NCBI GenBank assembly: GCA_001643675.2
Contig: LSRY02000014.1
Location: 620,001-684,000, forward strand
DNA: 64,000 nt
Direction of reading: 5' to 3'
From: Monocercomonoides exilis PA203
Taxonomy: Eukaryota > Protista > Preaxostyla
Shown: positions 1-13,000 of the stretch, one piece after another
How the letters are laid out: each line of letters begins with the position of its first letter
Position numbering within the stretch: the first letter of the stretch is position 1
The notes under the pieces: generated by a model
Database searches by the model: none
The model's input: the letters and a program-made list of their open reading frames with translations, nothing else
Told to the model about the DNA's origin: nothing
Position numbers and translations under genes: made by a program

Positions 1-824
1 CCCATATGTTTTTTAAAGCAGCCAGCTAAAAATCATATCTTAATCGTGTAAATTTTGACTTCTGTATTTCTGCTCTTTGCCAACGAGCAATCAGAAAAAT
101 AGGAAATAACTTTCATCTTATCCAAAAATTATTCATTAAAAAAACAAATGCTTTTCAATTTCTTTCGACGCTCTTCTTTTTTCTCTTCCACTTTTAAAAT
201 CCTAAAGATGAATCAATTTCATTATGACAAAAATTTGATAAGGAACAATACTACACACAATTTCTATTATTTTTCATATTAAATGATTATTTATCCATTA
301 AATCTCTCCAATCGCTCTTTTATGTTTTATTTCCTTCAATATAACATCAAACGAACGTGAGGATAGTTGATCTTGCGAAATTAATAAATCAGCTTTGATT
401 TTTCAATTTTTTTCCTCAATGTTTTCAAAAGAAAATCTAATCAGAAATTTCCCCTTTCATAGCATTAAATCAAATAAAATAATGAAAGTTAATAACATCA
501 TTCATAATGACAAATCCAAAATGATACAAAAACAGACACAATAATTAACAAGGATTTGTTAACAAATAAATTCTCCTTTTAACAAAAAAAAAACTTTGAT
601 AGCTGAAACTTCTTTTCAAATATATGTGAGAACTGCAGTTAACAACATCTGTAAATTGATAGGTCGTTGTTGAAACAAAAAACGATATCGATCAATCCCA
701 TATCAACATGATTAATCTCTGATTAATAATATAGTTATGAAAATTGTCGAAAAGTTTTTATAGAAACAATAAAACAAGAGATAGATGAATTTTATTCACT
801 GTTATTTAATTATGAATTCATTTG

Positions 825-826
<2 letters not shown>

Positions 827-869
<43 letters not shown>
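827..869 (+). repeat. poly-A tract (43 nt)
   Basis: Uninterrupted A run; no convincing flanking TSD found. Confidence 0.95.
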
Positions 870-870
<1 letters not shown>

Positions 871-1101
871 AATCAAACACAAGTTTATTTTTCGACCGAC
901 AAAAAATACAAAAAATATAATTGTCGCAAAGGCTTATCTTCGATATTCAAATTTCAGATAATTTTCCATTCTTGAGCTGTTTCTTTTTTTTGGGAGTTGG
1001 AATTTTTTATTGAAATGAGAGACCATTGAAGATGGTTTTTTTTCACATTTTCAAAGAATTGATTTCAATAATACAAGTTCGTTTTTTTTTCAAAAAAATA
1101 A

Positions 1102-1132
<31 letters not shown>

Positions 1133-1349
1133 TAAACAAATAAATAAATAATTCATAGATTGATAGATTGATTGATATTTAGAGAGAGAAAGAAAGCTAG
1201 TACAATTTTATTATTTATTGTTGAATTCAAATTACAACCATTAACCTAAAAAATTTGAGCAAGCGGAGAAGAACCTGGAACTTAATGATCATGTCCCAAT
1301 TTTTTGAAACATTCGAAATGTTTTCCTATCTTGTAATTCAGATTGTCTT

Positions 1350-1583
1350 AATTTTTATGAAAAGTTCCTTTTGTTAAATTTTCAAATAAAATAAAAATTT
1401 CATTTTCCGATAAAATTTCTGTTGACTGTCATCAAATTTTTCAATCATGAAAACAGAACCTAAGTAATGATATTATTTTCATTGCAACAAAGTTTATAAG
1501 TGGGAACAGAAATTTGATCGAAATATGATATTTTTAATTTATTTGAAAATTCAACAAAAGGAACTTTTCAAAAAAATTTTAAC
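1350..1583. mobile_element. Degenerate copy of fold-back MITE family A, lying inside an older inverted-repeat element (~1255-1870)
   Basis: Arms GAAAAGTTCCTTTTGTT...AATTTCTGTT and GTGGGAACAGAAATTTGAT...AACAAAAGGAACTTTTC match the element at 61101-61340. Outer inverted pair: GGAGAAGAACCTGG..TGATCATGTCCCAA (~1265-1300) and TTGGGAAATGATCA..CCAGGATCTTCTCC (~1827-1862). Confidence 0.75.
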
Positions 1584-2047
1584 ATGAAGAAATATTCATA
1601 AACTTGGAAGAATCTGAAGATGAGACAGTTTCAATGGATTCAGATACACATGAAAGCAACAAAACGATGCAATCTGATTCTCTATGTGTTGGTGATGGTG
1701 AAAACTTAATAGAATGGAAGGAATTAATTGGATAATTATCCCATTCAATCTATTTGAACATTTCGAATAAAAATTTGTTAAAATAAAACAAAAACTAACA
1801 AAACTCGCACTTTATTGTTTTTCATTTTGGGAAATGATCAAATTTGTACCAGGATCTTCTCCACCTGCAAAAAATTTGGATAATTTTGGACAAATTTTGT
1901 TAAGAAATGATAATACAAAGATTAATTCCACACTTTTTCTGCAATTAAATCGTAATTATTCTTGCATTCCCATTCAAAAATTTTCTGAAATTTTATAAAA
2001 TTGTGAAAATTATTTGAAAAAAATTCAGAAGAACGAAATTCATAAAG

Positions 2048-3068
2048 CAAAAAAATCTATATCACTTATTATTCAAAATTAACTATTTCTGATATTTTTT
2101 TAATTCAAAAAATATTATGGAGATAAATTTATCACTGATTGAGTGTCGGAAAGTGTTCAAACGATTTTTTCCAGCCAATGTCTGTGAAAAAAATAAAAAG
2201 TGAACTTCTATTTTAATTATTTGTCAATTGACATGAAAATGTCCTCTTTTTTTGTATATAATTTTCATCATATAAATATTTGAATATGGGTGATTTTTTT
2301 TTTTGAAATCATAACTTTTTTCGGAGTGTTGTTTTTTGAAATAATATTTGTTTTTGGAAAATGAATTTGCTATTCAAATGATTGATTCATTAAAACTGTA
2401 TATTTAATAATTGTTTTGCTCAAATAAAGATGATGATTTCTTGAATAAGCTTTTTCATTTTAAGTGTTTTTTCGAAGACAATAAAGTTATATTTTCGAAT
2501 AGAAATTTTTATTTGAAAAATTTCGGAATCAAAAATAATATACCAATAATATTGACAGAAATAATATAAAACAAAAATAATCACACACATTCAAATGAAC
2601 AAACCTCAGACATTTCAATTATTCCACTCTTTATCAATACGAATTTGTTCGATCAAAATCACGTCAGATTGACTTTGAAAAACAATTCAATTATTTTTTA
2701 AAAAATAAGCTTTTATCAAAATTGTCAAACAAGGATAATTTTCGTTTTCACATCCAAGAAAAAAAATTATGTTAATATTTATGACCCTTTTGCATGCGCG
2801 AAGAACATCCACTTCAAAAATTTTCGAATAAAAGAACGATTTCAATGATGAAAATTATATACAAAAAAAGAGGACATTTTCATGTCAATTGACAAATAAT
2901 TAAAATAGAAGTTCACTTTTTATTTTTTTCACAGACATTGGCTGGAAAAAATCGTTTGAACACTTTCCGACACTCAATCAGTGATAAATTTATCTCCATA
3001 ATATTTTTTGAATTAAAAAAATATCAGAAATAGTTAATTTTGAATAATAAGTGATATAGATTTTTTTG
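2048..3068. repeat. Perfect 224-bp inverted repeat (arms 2048-2271 and 2845-3068; 573-bp spacer)
   Basis: The arms are reverse complements by eye with a constant coordinate sum of 5116; no clear TSD. Confidence 0.93.
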
Positions 3069-4699
3069 ATAAACGTTGTTGTGATCTCCTTTAAATGAAT
3101 CAATATTTTTTTCCAGTCAGATCAAAAAATTACATATTCGGGGCATATTCCTTTTGTTAATGAAAACCAATGACTTATTCAAATAATTTTCTCCATTATA
3201 TCATTATAAGTCTTATTCACTCATTCATAATAAAAAAGAAAATCAAAAAAAATTTATGGGAAAAACGAAAGAAATAATAAAATGGAACAATGTTTTAAAA
3301 GCAAAGAAATATTAATTCTTTGATATCCTATTTTGATAAAGCAAACAAAATATGAAGGTTATTCTTTTTGAAAAGTTACATATGTTCCATAACTGGGAAA
3401 AAAAATTTATCCATGTTGGATCATTTTTTTGCAAAAAATCCATCAGACTTGATCGCTTTGCAAATAAGAATAATAAAACAAATATTATTCATGTGTATGT
3501 GCATTGTGGAAAAATTTGATAATTTTATTTCCAAAAATTATCAAAAAATTCAATTTTTTTTCTATTCATATATTAATCTTTTTGACTATTCAAAAAAGAA
3601 TGTCCCATTTTTTATGTGAAAAATTTCACACATTTATTCTATTCAAAATACTCAATTGTTTTTTTCTTCTTCAGACATTTTACAAATTGCATTATCACTT
3701 TTTGTCAATTTTTCACTTTATTGTTTCTATTTGTTCTTTTTTGCAAAAATATTAAAGAAATTCAGGTTTTCATTTGGGTGATTTTTTTTGATATCATAAA
3801 AAAAGATCAAAAATAAAAAAATGAATTCTATTGTGGTATTTATTGATCAAAAAGTTAAATTGATTTTTTGCAAGTATTAAGCTTTTGTTTCTGTTATATA
3901 TATTTGTTTTATTGTTATATTCAAAAAAACACACCTTTTTAATGTTTTTCGTGAAAAAGAATTTTTTGATCAAGTTTAATAAAAATGATACAAAAATTAA
4001 TATTGATTAATCAACAAAACTCATCAAAAAGACAAAAAAAAATATCCTTAACTTGCTTAACAAATATAATAAAAGGGAATAAATATATAAAGAACTTTTT
4101 AAAATGCAACAAATTTGTGAATTTTTTTTATCCGTGGAAAAAGAAATGTGTTTTCCATTAATCCAGCTGAAACCTCATCAAAATGTTCCCTTATCAGTTG
4201 AACAGCTCAACAGAGTCAGCAAACGGAGTTTATATTATTCAGGAAACTGCAGTTTATAAGAACACTTCACTCAACATCGAAACTTCTCTTTAAATTCTAT
4301 ATGCAAATGCAGTTAAAATTTTCTTCTCAAAAGACAACATCGTTTCCTTCCATTTCCATTCTTCATTTCAAAATTCTCCTTTTGTTCGTTGAGCACTTTA
4401 CCAAAATTCATGCTCTTGCAGCTCATGTGTCGAAATTAACATTAAATTTTCCTAAACCATCATTGTTTTTTTGTAAATGCTATTTCTTCCTCCCTTTCAT
4501 CTTCATCTTCCTCTTTCTCTTGTTCTCCTTTTCGTCTTTGGTCGCTTCCTTCTCATTTTTCTCTCTCTCCATTATCACTCTCATCTCGCGAAACGACAAT
4601 GTTATCCATTACTCTGCAGGCGACTCATTTCGAGCACAAAAATGTTTTCCTTCAATTTTCTCTAAATCTTTCCCCTTTTCTCTCTCTTCCTTCAGTTCT

Positions 4700-6000
4700 C
4701 AGCAGCATCAAAAGCATTTAAACTATGGCTTATCCAGCGCTTCCATCCATAGCAAAGTTTGGCTCATCCTGAAGACATAATCCTTTCCATTCGCATTACC
4801 TTGCTCTCATCCATATTCGCTCTCAGCGTTATTGCGCAGAACTTCATAGATTTCTCCAGAGTCGTTGAAAAGGAATTTTCTATTGGTCGTTCTGTAGGCA
4901 CTGTCAATTATAGAGAATAAAGATTGCTTCGTAAATTGCAATATTGGATATGAAGAAGAAGAGAAAGAAGTTGATGTGCTTGCAGACGCAGATGTTGAGA
5001 AAGTGAATGGCGTTTCGATAATTTGCTGCTGAATCCTTCTTCGATTTTTGTTTTCAGGCAGAAAATCTGAGCAAAGAGTGGTCAGAATCGTCACAGGCTT
5101 ATTCTTCTCTTTTGTTGTTTTCTTCTTTTCTTTTGCTCCTCTTTCTTTCTGAGCCTTTCTAATGTCTTTGTTAAATCCATTTTCTTCTTCTTCTTCCTCC
5201 TCCTCTTCTTCCTCTTTCTCATTATCGAAGCATTTATCTGTCAGGCACAACGATCCCTTTTCATCTTTGTAACTTACGACTCTCATTTGCACTCCTCTTC
5301 TCATCCTTCTTCTCTCTCTTCCCCTCATTCTCACCACGCACCCGAATCCCCTGGCTAGACACATATGCTGCTGGTTCAGAAGGATGCTCAGTGGCTCAAG
5401 CACATCCTTCGCAGCTGTCCCGCTGTTGCTCGAAAACACATCCGTATTGCATAATCTGGTTTTCCCGTGAATCGCACGAGTGTTCGGTACAGTCACAAGC
5501 GGTGGAAGCGAGAAGGTAAAAAAAGATGAAGGAGAGAAAAAAGACATATCAGATTAAGAGGCAGATCCTGGGCTAGTTACGTAGAGGGGTTTCCATGTGA
5601 ATGAAGAGAAGTCGGTGGCTGGAGATAATGGAATGAAGTGCTTTGACGGAGTTTCAATAAGAGCGGAAGGAGCAGATAATTGGGCGTGTGACAAGGGAGA
5701 AAAAGGATGAGTGGCAATTGAAAAGTGGGATGTGATGTGTTGAGCGCGCAGCTGGGCAGATGAGAGTGTGCTGTCGAATGAGTAAAATATCTGCTGCTGT
5801 TCACTTCTCTACCCCTGCACCTTCTTTTCTGCTGCCTGTGCAAGTCTTGCGTTGAAAGTGTCAATTTGCGATGTGTAAAACTCGTCTTTCTCCTTTGTCT
5901 TCGTCTTCGCCTTTGGCTCTTCCTGCTGTCTCCCTATCCTCTGCTCTGCGCTCAATTTGCTTCTGAAATCCGCCTTCTTTGCCTCTTCCATTTGAACTTG
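4700..6000 (-). pseudogene. Fragmented hypothetical-protein gene (Ser/Glu/Lys low-complexity) inside the TIR element
   Basis: Coding-like ORF pieces at 5809-5991 and 4807-5547. The frame continues past the TGA at 4807 (EQGNANGKDYVFRMSQTLLWMEALDKP*) with further stops. Higher GC than the flanks. Confidence 0.5.
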
Positions 6001-6425
6001 AACTTCTCTCTCTTCGCTTCTTGGCAGAGAAATAAACCGAGAGGATGAGTGCGATGTGCCTAGCGGCTCCTTCCTCTTCCCATTAACATTCTTCGCTCAA
6101 ATCACATTCACAACAGTTAGCACAACCTGCATACGGAAGCCGTCGAAGTATTGAAGAAGAGTGGAATACTACTCTGGGGAAGAGGAAAGCAGTTCAGTTG
6201 CACATCCAGCGAAGCTGCAGAATGCATTGATAGTGGCGATGATGTTGTTGAGAGCAGGCAACAAAATAAAAAAATTCTTTGATGATGATATCAAGTTTCT
6301 GATTGAATAGCATAAATGCATTTGAAGATCGATGCTCTGACCAAGCAGGAAGTAATTGATCAACAAAAATGAAGCAGAAAAAATTGAGAGGAAGAAGAAG
6401 GCGAAGAAGAAGGCGAATAGAAGGT

Positions 6426-6497
6426 GAAGAAGGTGGAGAAGAGGAAGAAGGTGGAGAAGAGGAAGAAGGTGGAGAAGAGGAAGAAGGTGGAGAAGAT
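6426..6497 (+). repeat. 18-bp minisatellite GAAGAAGGTGGAGAAGAG x4
   Basis: Four tandem units; the last ends in GAT. Confidence 0.9.
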
Positions 6498-9400
6498 GAT
6501 GACTACGAAGACGAAGATCAAGTGAAAAAATGTGAATATTTGTGGTAATAGAGAAATGTGCAATCAGTTAAATAACATTTCAGAAGAAGACGACGAGGAC
6601 GCTTTGTGTGATATCGTTGGTTGGCCAAAACGTCTCATTTGAAGTATAAACTTCAGATTGGTTAAGAAAATTCAATCACAATTTTTGTGACGAACAGTTT
6701 GTGGAAATCAACATTGCTATATTTTTCCAAAGTAAATTCACTTTCTTTTCGCATTTTCCTCTCCTTTCCCCTCAAAAATCGAAAATGTTAAAAGCTCTCA
6801 GTTTTTTTTTCTTTGTTATTTTCCTCTTCCATTCAGCTCACAAACTTCTCAGAATATACCAATTCCCTCCTTTTTTCAGCATTCCCATTTTCATCCCAAA
6901 AATCTTATCCTCTCACAAAACATATCCCTCTTCCATTTGAAAGCTTCACAATAGTCCTCTTCTTTCCAGCTTTTTCACTATTTTATTTCTTTTCAAATTC
7001 CATTTCTCCAATCAACAATAAGCATTTCTTCATCATCCTCAGCCTCTTCTTTATATATTTACTTATTTTTCTTCTTTTAATCTCCACCCACTCTTCCCCA
7101 CCCCTTTGTCTCCATATTTCTTTCATTCAAAAGCCACTCTCGAAACATAAACATTCTAAATAAACACCCAACTCCCAAACTTTGCAACGAAAAATAAACT
7201 TCCATCCCCTCTCTGCTACATATCCCTCCTGTACCAGATGTTGATGAGATAAACACGATATATTGTTTGGGTGGTTGAAAACATTTTTTAAGGGGTTGAT
7301 CATAGCAAAAACTGAAAAAACACATCCTGGCAGGCATCACACTGTAAGTGAGCTGAGAAGACACTCCAAAAAGATAAGCAATAAATTTTGGTGAGATTCA
7401 TGCAATGTTGTATTCAACCATTCAGAAGTTGAAGCTTTGAGGGGTGTTTTGAAAATGATGATGGCTGTGGAGATGAAGCTGTTTGGCAAAAGGCAGTCGA
7501 AGGGCAGTTTGGTCTTTATTTATTTATCTTTATATGAATATTTATCCGTTGAATGTTTTTGTGTTTCTTTCAGGGCAGGAAGTGGAAATGAATGAAAATG
7601 AATGAAAGCGAGATATCTCGTTAAGAAGGGTGAATATTGGATTGGGAGACAGGATTTATATCGAAAGTGTGCATGAAGAAGGGATTTGGTATGAAATTGG
7701 AGATGTATATTTCTGAAGAAGCTTATTGGATAAGAAAATAAGCAAAAACCTCATTCTTTTTTTAAAGGAACAAGAAATCGAAGCATTTGAGAAAGAAAAG
7801 ACTTCTGGAAATGATTATTGATGAATTGGTTTCTTAAACTTTGGAAATTGATTGAATTCATTTGTTATTTGTCGATTCCACTCAATCATATTTTTCTCAT
7901 TTTCAATAACATAATTTATTTAATTTTTCAAAATAATGTAACTAAATAAATAAAGATAATCATTGTGGGCATGTTGTATTAAAGATTGAGCGTGTATTTT
8001 GAACTGTTTAATGAAGTTTTAATATTTTTTGGGAAATATTTTATTTATTTTTCCAAATTTTGAAATAAAAACTATTTGTTTCTAATTAAATATTACTAAT
8101 TAATTATAACAATAACATATAAAGCAACGCTTTTACGAAACGGACAACTAAATATAATGATCAACTTTAACCTTAATGAAAAAATTTTTTGATCAAACGT
8201 CGGAATTTTTTATGATATCAAAAAAAATCACCCATTTGTGCAATCTTTTCAATGTAAATTTTCAAAAACCTTTAAAATAAATTTATATCCAATTAGAGAA
8301 ATATCACATTGAACATTGAATTTGCTCATCTTTTTGATTCTTTGAGCAAAAATGTCAAAAGTGCAAATTGTGATTTTGATTCAACGGAAGCAGTACACGT
8401 TAATTTTGATTTGCCGGTTTTGTTTCAGATTGCTAACAGAACAAAGACACTAATTCATGATGAAGTCAAGAAAAAAATACATCGCTTCAGAAGACTGTTT
8501 TGGAAAAAAATGATTTTAAATAATTCATTAAGTTAGGCTTTCAACGAAATATTTGATACTTCATTCGGGTCAATTATTTGAAGAAAAAAGATATTCATTA
8601 TAAATCTTATTATTGTTAATTTTTAAAACATATTTTAAGAATTTTTCATGGTTGAGTTTTTTGAAAGTTCTTTGAATGTTTTTTATTTTTTATTTTAATT
8701 TTTAATTTTTAATTTAATTTTCATTTTTTTCAAGTTTTATATATCAACTGAATGATTTTGTTTCCCCTTTAATTTGCATCATTGAAAAGTTACATCATCA
8801 TAAATCGATTTCATTTTCATTTTCAGCAAAAATTGACCCATTGTATTTTTCTTACACATATAAAAACACATTTTTCTTAACTAAAAAAAAAGATTCAAGA
8901 CAGCAAAGTTTCGTTATTACATATGAAAATTTACTGGTCCACCAAATTTCATGATTTATTTTTATGTAAGTTGTTTTAAATGACAATACTTACATAAAAT
9001 TGAATATATTACTATAACAGCGTAATGAATCCACATCATAATACAACAGCAATATTTATAAGTTCGAAGTTGCTATTTGCAAATGGTGTGCTTTGGATGA
9101 AAGACATTTCTTTTATTTTATTTTTCCATTTTCGAGAACTGATTTCATAATAAATGAACCGCCCAGCACCAGAACAATCAATTTCCACAAGCGATATTTT
9201 GCAAACCATTGATACATAGTGATAAATGACATTTATTACGAAAATTGCAATCGATTTATTTGCGAAAGCGGAGATGCGAGTGAAGAAAATATGATTCTGA
9301 AAAAGAAGACGATTCCTTGATAAAAACAGGTTTTCTATTTTGAATTGAGTTGAACATGAAGTATAACGTGAAAATGCACCACCATCGAAAGAGTATCAGG

Positions 9401-9655
9401 AAGAAAGAGATTGATGAATAACATTGATAAGAAAGAAAGAACAAAAAATTGACAATTGATCAATGTGAAAGTTTCCATTCAACAGAATCATTACAAATAT
9501 CGTGCAATTTAAGTCCAACAGCCTATTTTATTTTTTTGTTAACGGTTGACTTATCAAATAATGAAGAAAATCAGAAGAAAATAAACGAAAGAGACTTTTG
9601 GGGAATATGTGGCAGAAATTTTGAACAAGTTTGATCGTCAAACATATCTTTTTAA

Positions 9656-9700
9656 TTTTATTTTATTTTATTTTATTTTATTTTATTTTATTTTATTTTA
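9656..9700 (+). repeat. (TTTTA)9 microsatellite
   Basis: Direct reading; ~300 bp upstream of receptor gene A. Confidence 0.9.
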
Positions 9701-10002
9701 TTTTTATTTTTTATTTCGCAATTAACGATTGGACCGTTATTTAGAGCATCTTTTGAGTAATTTCACGAAAATTGTGTAAATTGTTGCATTTACACAGAAA
9801 TGACCATTTTTGCCTTCTGATCTTCTGTGAAAATCTTCAATATATTTGTTCTGCAAAAACCAAACAGGATATAAAATTTTTGGAAAAATAATTTTTATCA
9901 GAGCAAAAACTTAATATATGATTTTGATCTTGGCAGAAAATATTGATTGTTTGGAGAGAAGGTATTTTCTTCTATCTGAGACGGGGCGAGAAGCAGTTAT
10001 CG

Positions 10003-13000
10003 ATGATTATTGTTCTTTTCTATTTAATTCTCATGAGCTGCTCAACAGAAAGTCCAAAATCCGACTGTCAAGGTCAAAATTCAATAAAGACTGAAAACAT
10101 TGATTGCTTTGAAAAGCAAAGTCATGTGAATCCCTTTTTATCAAATAGCATTAAATATAAGTGCGGGATTGATGGATCTTCATTTGCAAAAGAGGTTGGA
10201 AAAACAAAAGGAAATTATCATCAAAAGTTGACTTATAGTCAGATAACTTCGTTGCTTGGCTTGACAAACACTTCACTGACAACGCAGAAGATTCATTTTG
10301 ATCAGAGCAGCGTTCATTCAATTATTGATGCTGGAAGGCAGTCGCTTGTTTTTATTGATCAATGTGCGATAGCCATTTCGTGCTGTTCTGAGTCAAATAT
10401 GTTCAGGAGCTCTGCCAGCACATTTCTCATCAAAAACTTGACACTTCTTTCATTGGTACCAATGGAATGTGTTTCTGCACTTGTTGGCCCTGGAAATCGG
10501 TTGCCCGTTGAAACTCAAGAAAATGATGTGAACATTCTTGAATCGTCATTTATGTCATTTACGCTGACTGAGATTCCATTTGTGTCATCTGTGCCTTCTT
10601 CGATAATAGCAATCGTTCATTCAGATTTTGTCAACGTGACTGCAACAGGACCAAGAGATTTTCGAACAGCTGGTGATAAGTGTTGTTGCTTGGCGATTAT
10701 TCACTCTTGCAGTTTCACAGAGGTGGATAATGTTCTGGATGGAGAAATAGTGAGTTCGATAAATGGACCATCTGCGATGGATGCATTTAACACTTCGTTC
10801 GCTCGTTGTAGGAAAACAGGAAATGACTTAAAGATTGAAGGAAACGTAACAATGAAGAAGCAAGATCTTGGAGAGAGAAATGACATTCTGCAATTCATTG
10901 CATGCGAATGGCACAACACTTCATCAGCCTTTACAAATGAATCAGTTTCTGATAGCAATACAGAATACTCTGGAGGGGCAATCGGAATTTATGGGGGAGA
11001 TAGTTGCTCAGTAATTGTTGAAGATTGCTTGTTCGACACATGTACTTGTCAGAGATATGGAGGAGCAATCATGGTATATTGTGGGAAGAGTGTTCAATGG
11101 AAAGGAAATGTGTTTGAAAAATGCAAATCACATAATTATGGTGGAATTACTCTGCTGTTTAATATCAAAAAATGCACATTTATTGAAGATTGCGTTTGCC
11201 GAAATACATCTGCGAGAGCGTATGGTGGCGGCTTAAGAATTCAAGCATGCCGCTCAACAGGCTGTGAAGAAGACGGACCAATTGTTAGCAGATGCTATTT
11301 TGATACATGCGAATGTGAAACCAGTGTTGGAGGTGCAATAATGTATTACGACTTATCATTCACAATGAAAACAAGCGAATGCACTTTCAAAAATTCAAAG
11401 GGATTTTTTGGAGGGGGTATTTATTTCAATATAACCAAGAAAGTGATTATAAATTACCAAATGATTGCCTTTTCTTTCTTTCACAATAACTTAGCGAATG
11501 GAAAAATGGGAAATGATGTTTTCATAAATGATAGCTTCTCTGTAATTGGGGAGAATTTCATTTTGTGTGTTTCTTCTTTTTCAACAAGAGCAGAAGGCAA
11601 CAGAGTGTATCACTCAGCACTTGGAGAAAAAAACAGTTGGCTTCCGAATGGGATACTGGAACGTTTTGTGAGAAAAGATGGGGTTGACAAAGATTTATGT
11701 GGCATTGATGAGGGTTCTGCGTGCCAGTCGATAGAATATGCAGTAGAGAGCTTTTCAGATTCTGGAGAACAGCGATTGAAGCTGCTGGAGAGTGTGTTTT
11801 CACCAAAAAGGGGAGTTTCTAGACCTTTGAGGGATATCGTTGTGAGAGGCGTTGCTCAGGAGCAGTGTGTGATCAAGACCGGAAATCTTCCTGGCCAGTT
11901 CTTGTTTGAAGTGTCGAGAGGATCGCTGTTGGGGTCGAATTTCAGTGTGGAGCATTCAGCAGCAAAGCAAGATATGACACTCTTTGCAGTGAGCTCAGTG
12001 GGAAAGATGAAACTGAACAGAATGAAGCTGTTTGCATCTGAAGATCATGAATCTGGTCTGCCATTCACATCCCCGCTGATTATATGCTCAGGAGATGGAA
12101 CACTGAATGTGGACGAGCTTCAGATAAGTGGATACTTCTTGAGTAATTGCTCTGTGTTTAATTCGCTGGTGGGAGGCATTGAGCTGAAGAATGTGATGGT
12201 TGAGAACCTCCAGAGGCTTCATGGAAACGGAAGTGTTGCCAGTGAGGTGGTTGGAAGCGGAAAAATGGTTGACCTGAACAATGTGTCACTGAACAATTGC
12301 AGCTGCCAAGAAGGAGACGGTGGGGGATTTTGTATTCGAGTGAAGAGAGGAGGTTCATTGAGGGTGGGGAACTGGAGCAAAACAGCTTTGAAACAGTGCA
12401 GTGTGGCAGACGAGGAAACAAAGAAAGGAAAAGGGGGAGGGATGATGATTTGTGTGGAAGATGGAGGAGGGGATATTATTCTTGGGGATGTGCAGTTCAG
12501 TGGATGCTCAGGTTGGTGGGGAAGGAATCTGTTTGTGGAGGCGAGGGAATTGTCGAGGGTTGTGAGCAGCACGAGTGTGTTGTTTGGCACAACAAAGATG
12601 GAAGACAAAGATATGATGGGAATGGAGGATGGATGCGGAGAAGAGGCTGTGCCACTGCTGGCATATTTTGCTGTGTTTAGAGGAAGTGGATATGTGGGAG
12701 GAAGTGGGATGAGGGACTTCAGTGGATGCGGAACCAAGGATTATCCCTGCCGCACAATTGGAAAAGCAGTTCGCTTGCGATTTGGAGAAGGAAAGAGAGC
12801 AATTGTGGTGCAAGAAGGGTTTGTGTGGAAGGAAGAGACGGTGATGGGAAATGAAGAGTGGGAGTTGAAAAGTGTGAGGGAAAGAACAGCTGTGCGAGTG
12901 GAGTGTCCAGAGATGCTCGGTGGGAAAGCAGTGATTGTGAGCCAAATGAAAACGTCAATGACAAACATTCGATTTCAGCTGGCTCCATTTCAGGGTTCAA

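Larger units (their letters stand above)
3776..8233. mobile_element. 4.46-kb non-autonomous DNA transposon (28-bp perfect TIRs, 4-bp ATTT TSD) carrying decayed gene-like cargo
   Basis: TIR GGGTGATTTTTTTTGATATCATAAAAAA at 3776-3803 and its exact reverse complement at 8206-8233. ATTT lies in direct orientation at 3772-3775 and 8234-8237. Confidence 0.75.

Noticed and set aside
827-869. Poly-A (and poly-T at 39622-39647) as retroposon tails
   Set aside because: No TSD or recognisable LINE/SINE body found
3368-3816. Short Phe/Ile/Lys-rich ORFs in AT-rich flanks (also at 8309, 39176, 40021, 60066-63343)
   Set aside because: Chance ORFs in AT-rich repeat DNA, many starting at TTG or GTG
6426-6497. 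CRISPR-like array
   Set aside because: Tandem units without spacers, in a eukaryotic locus
9943-10002. ORF-track start of gene A at a TTG
   Set aside because: Eukaryotic context; ATG 10003 directly precedes a signal-peptide-like segment
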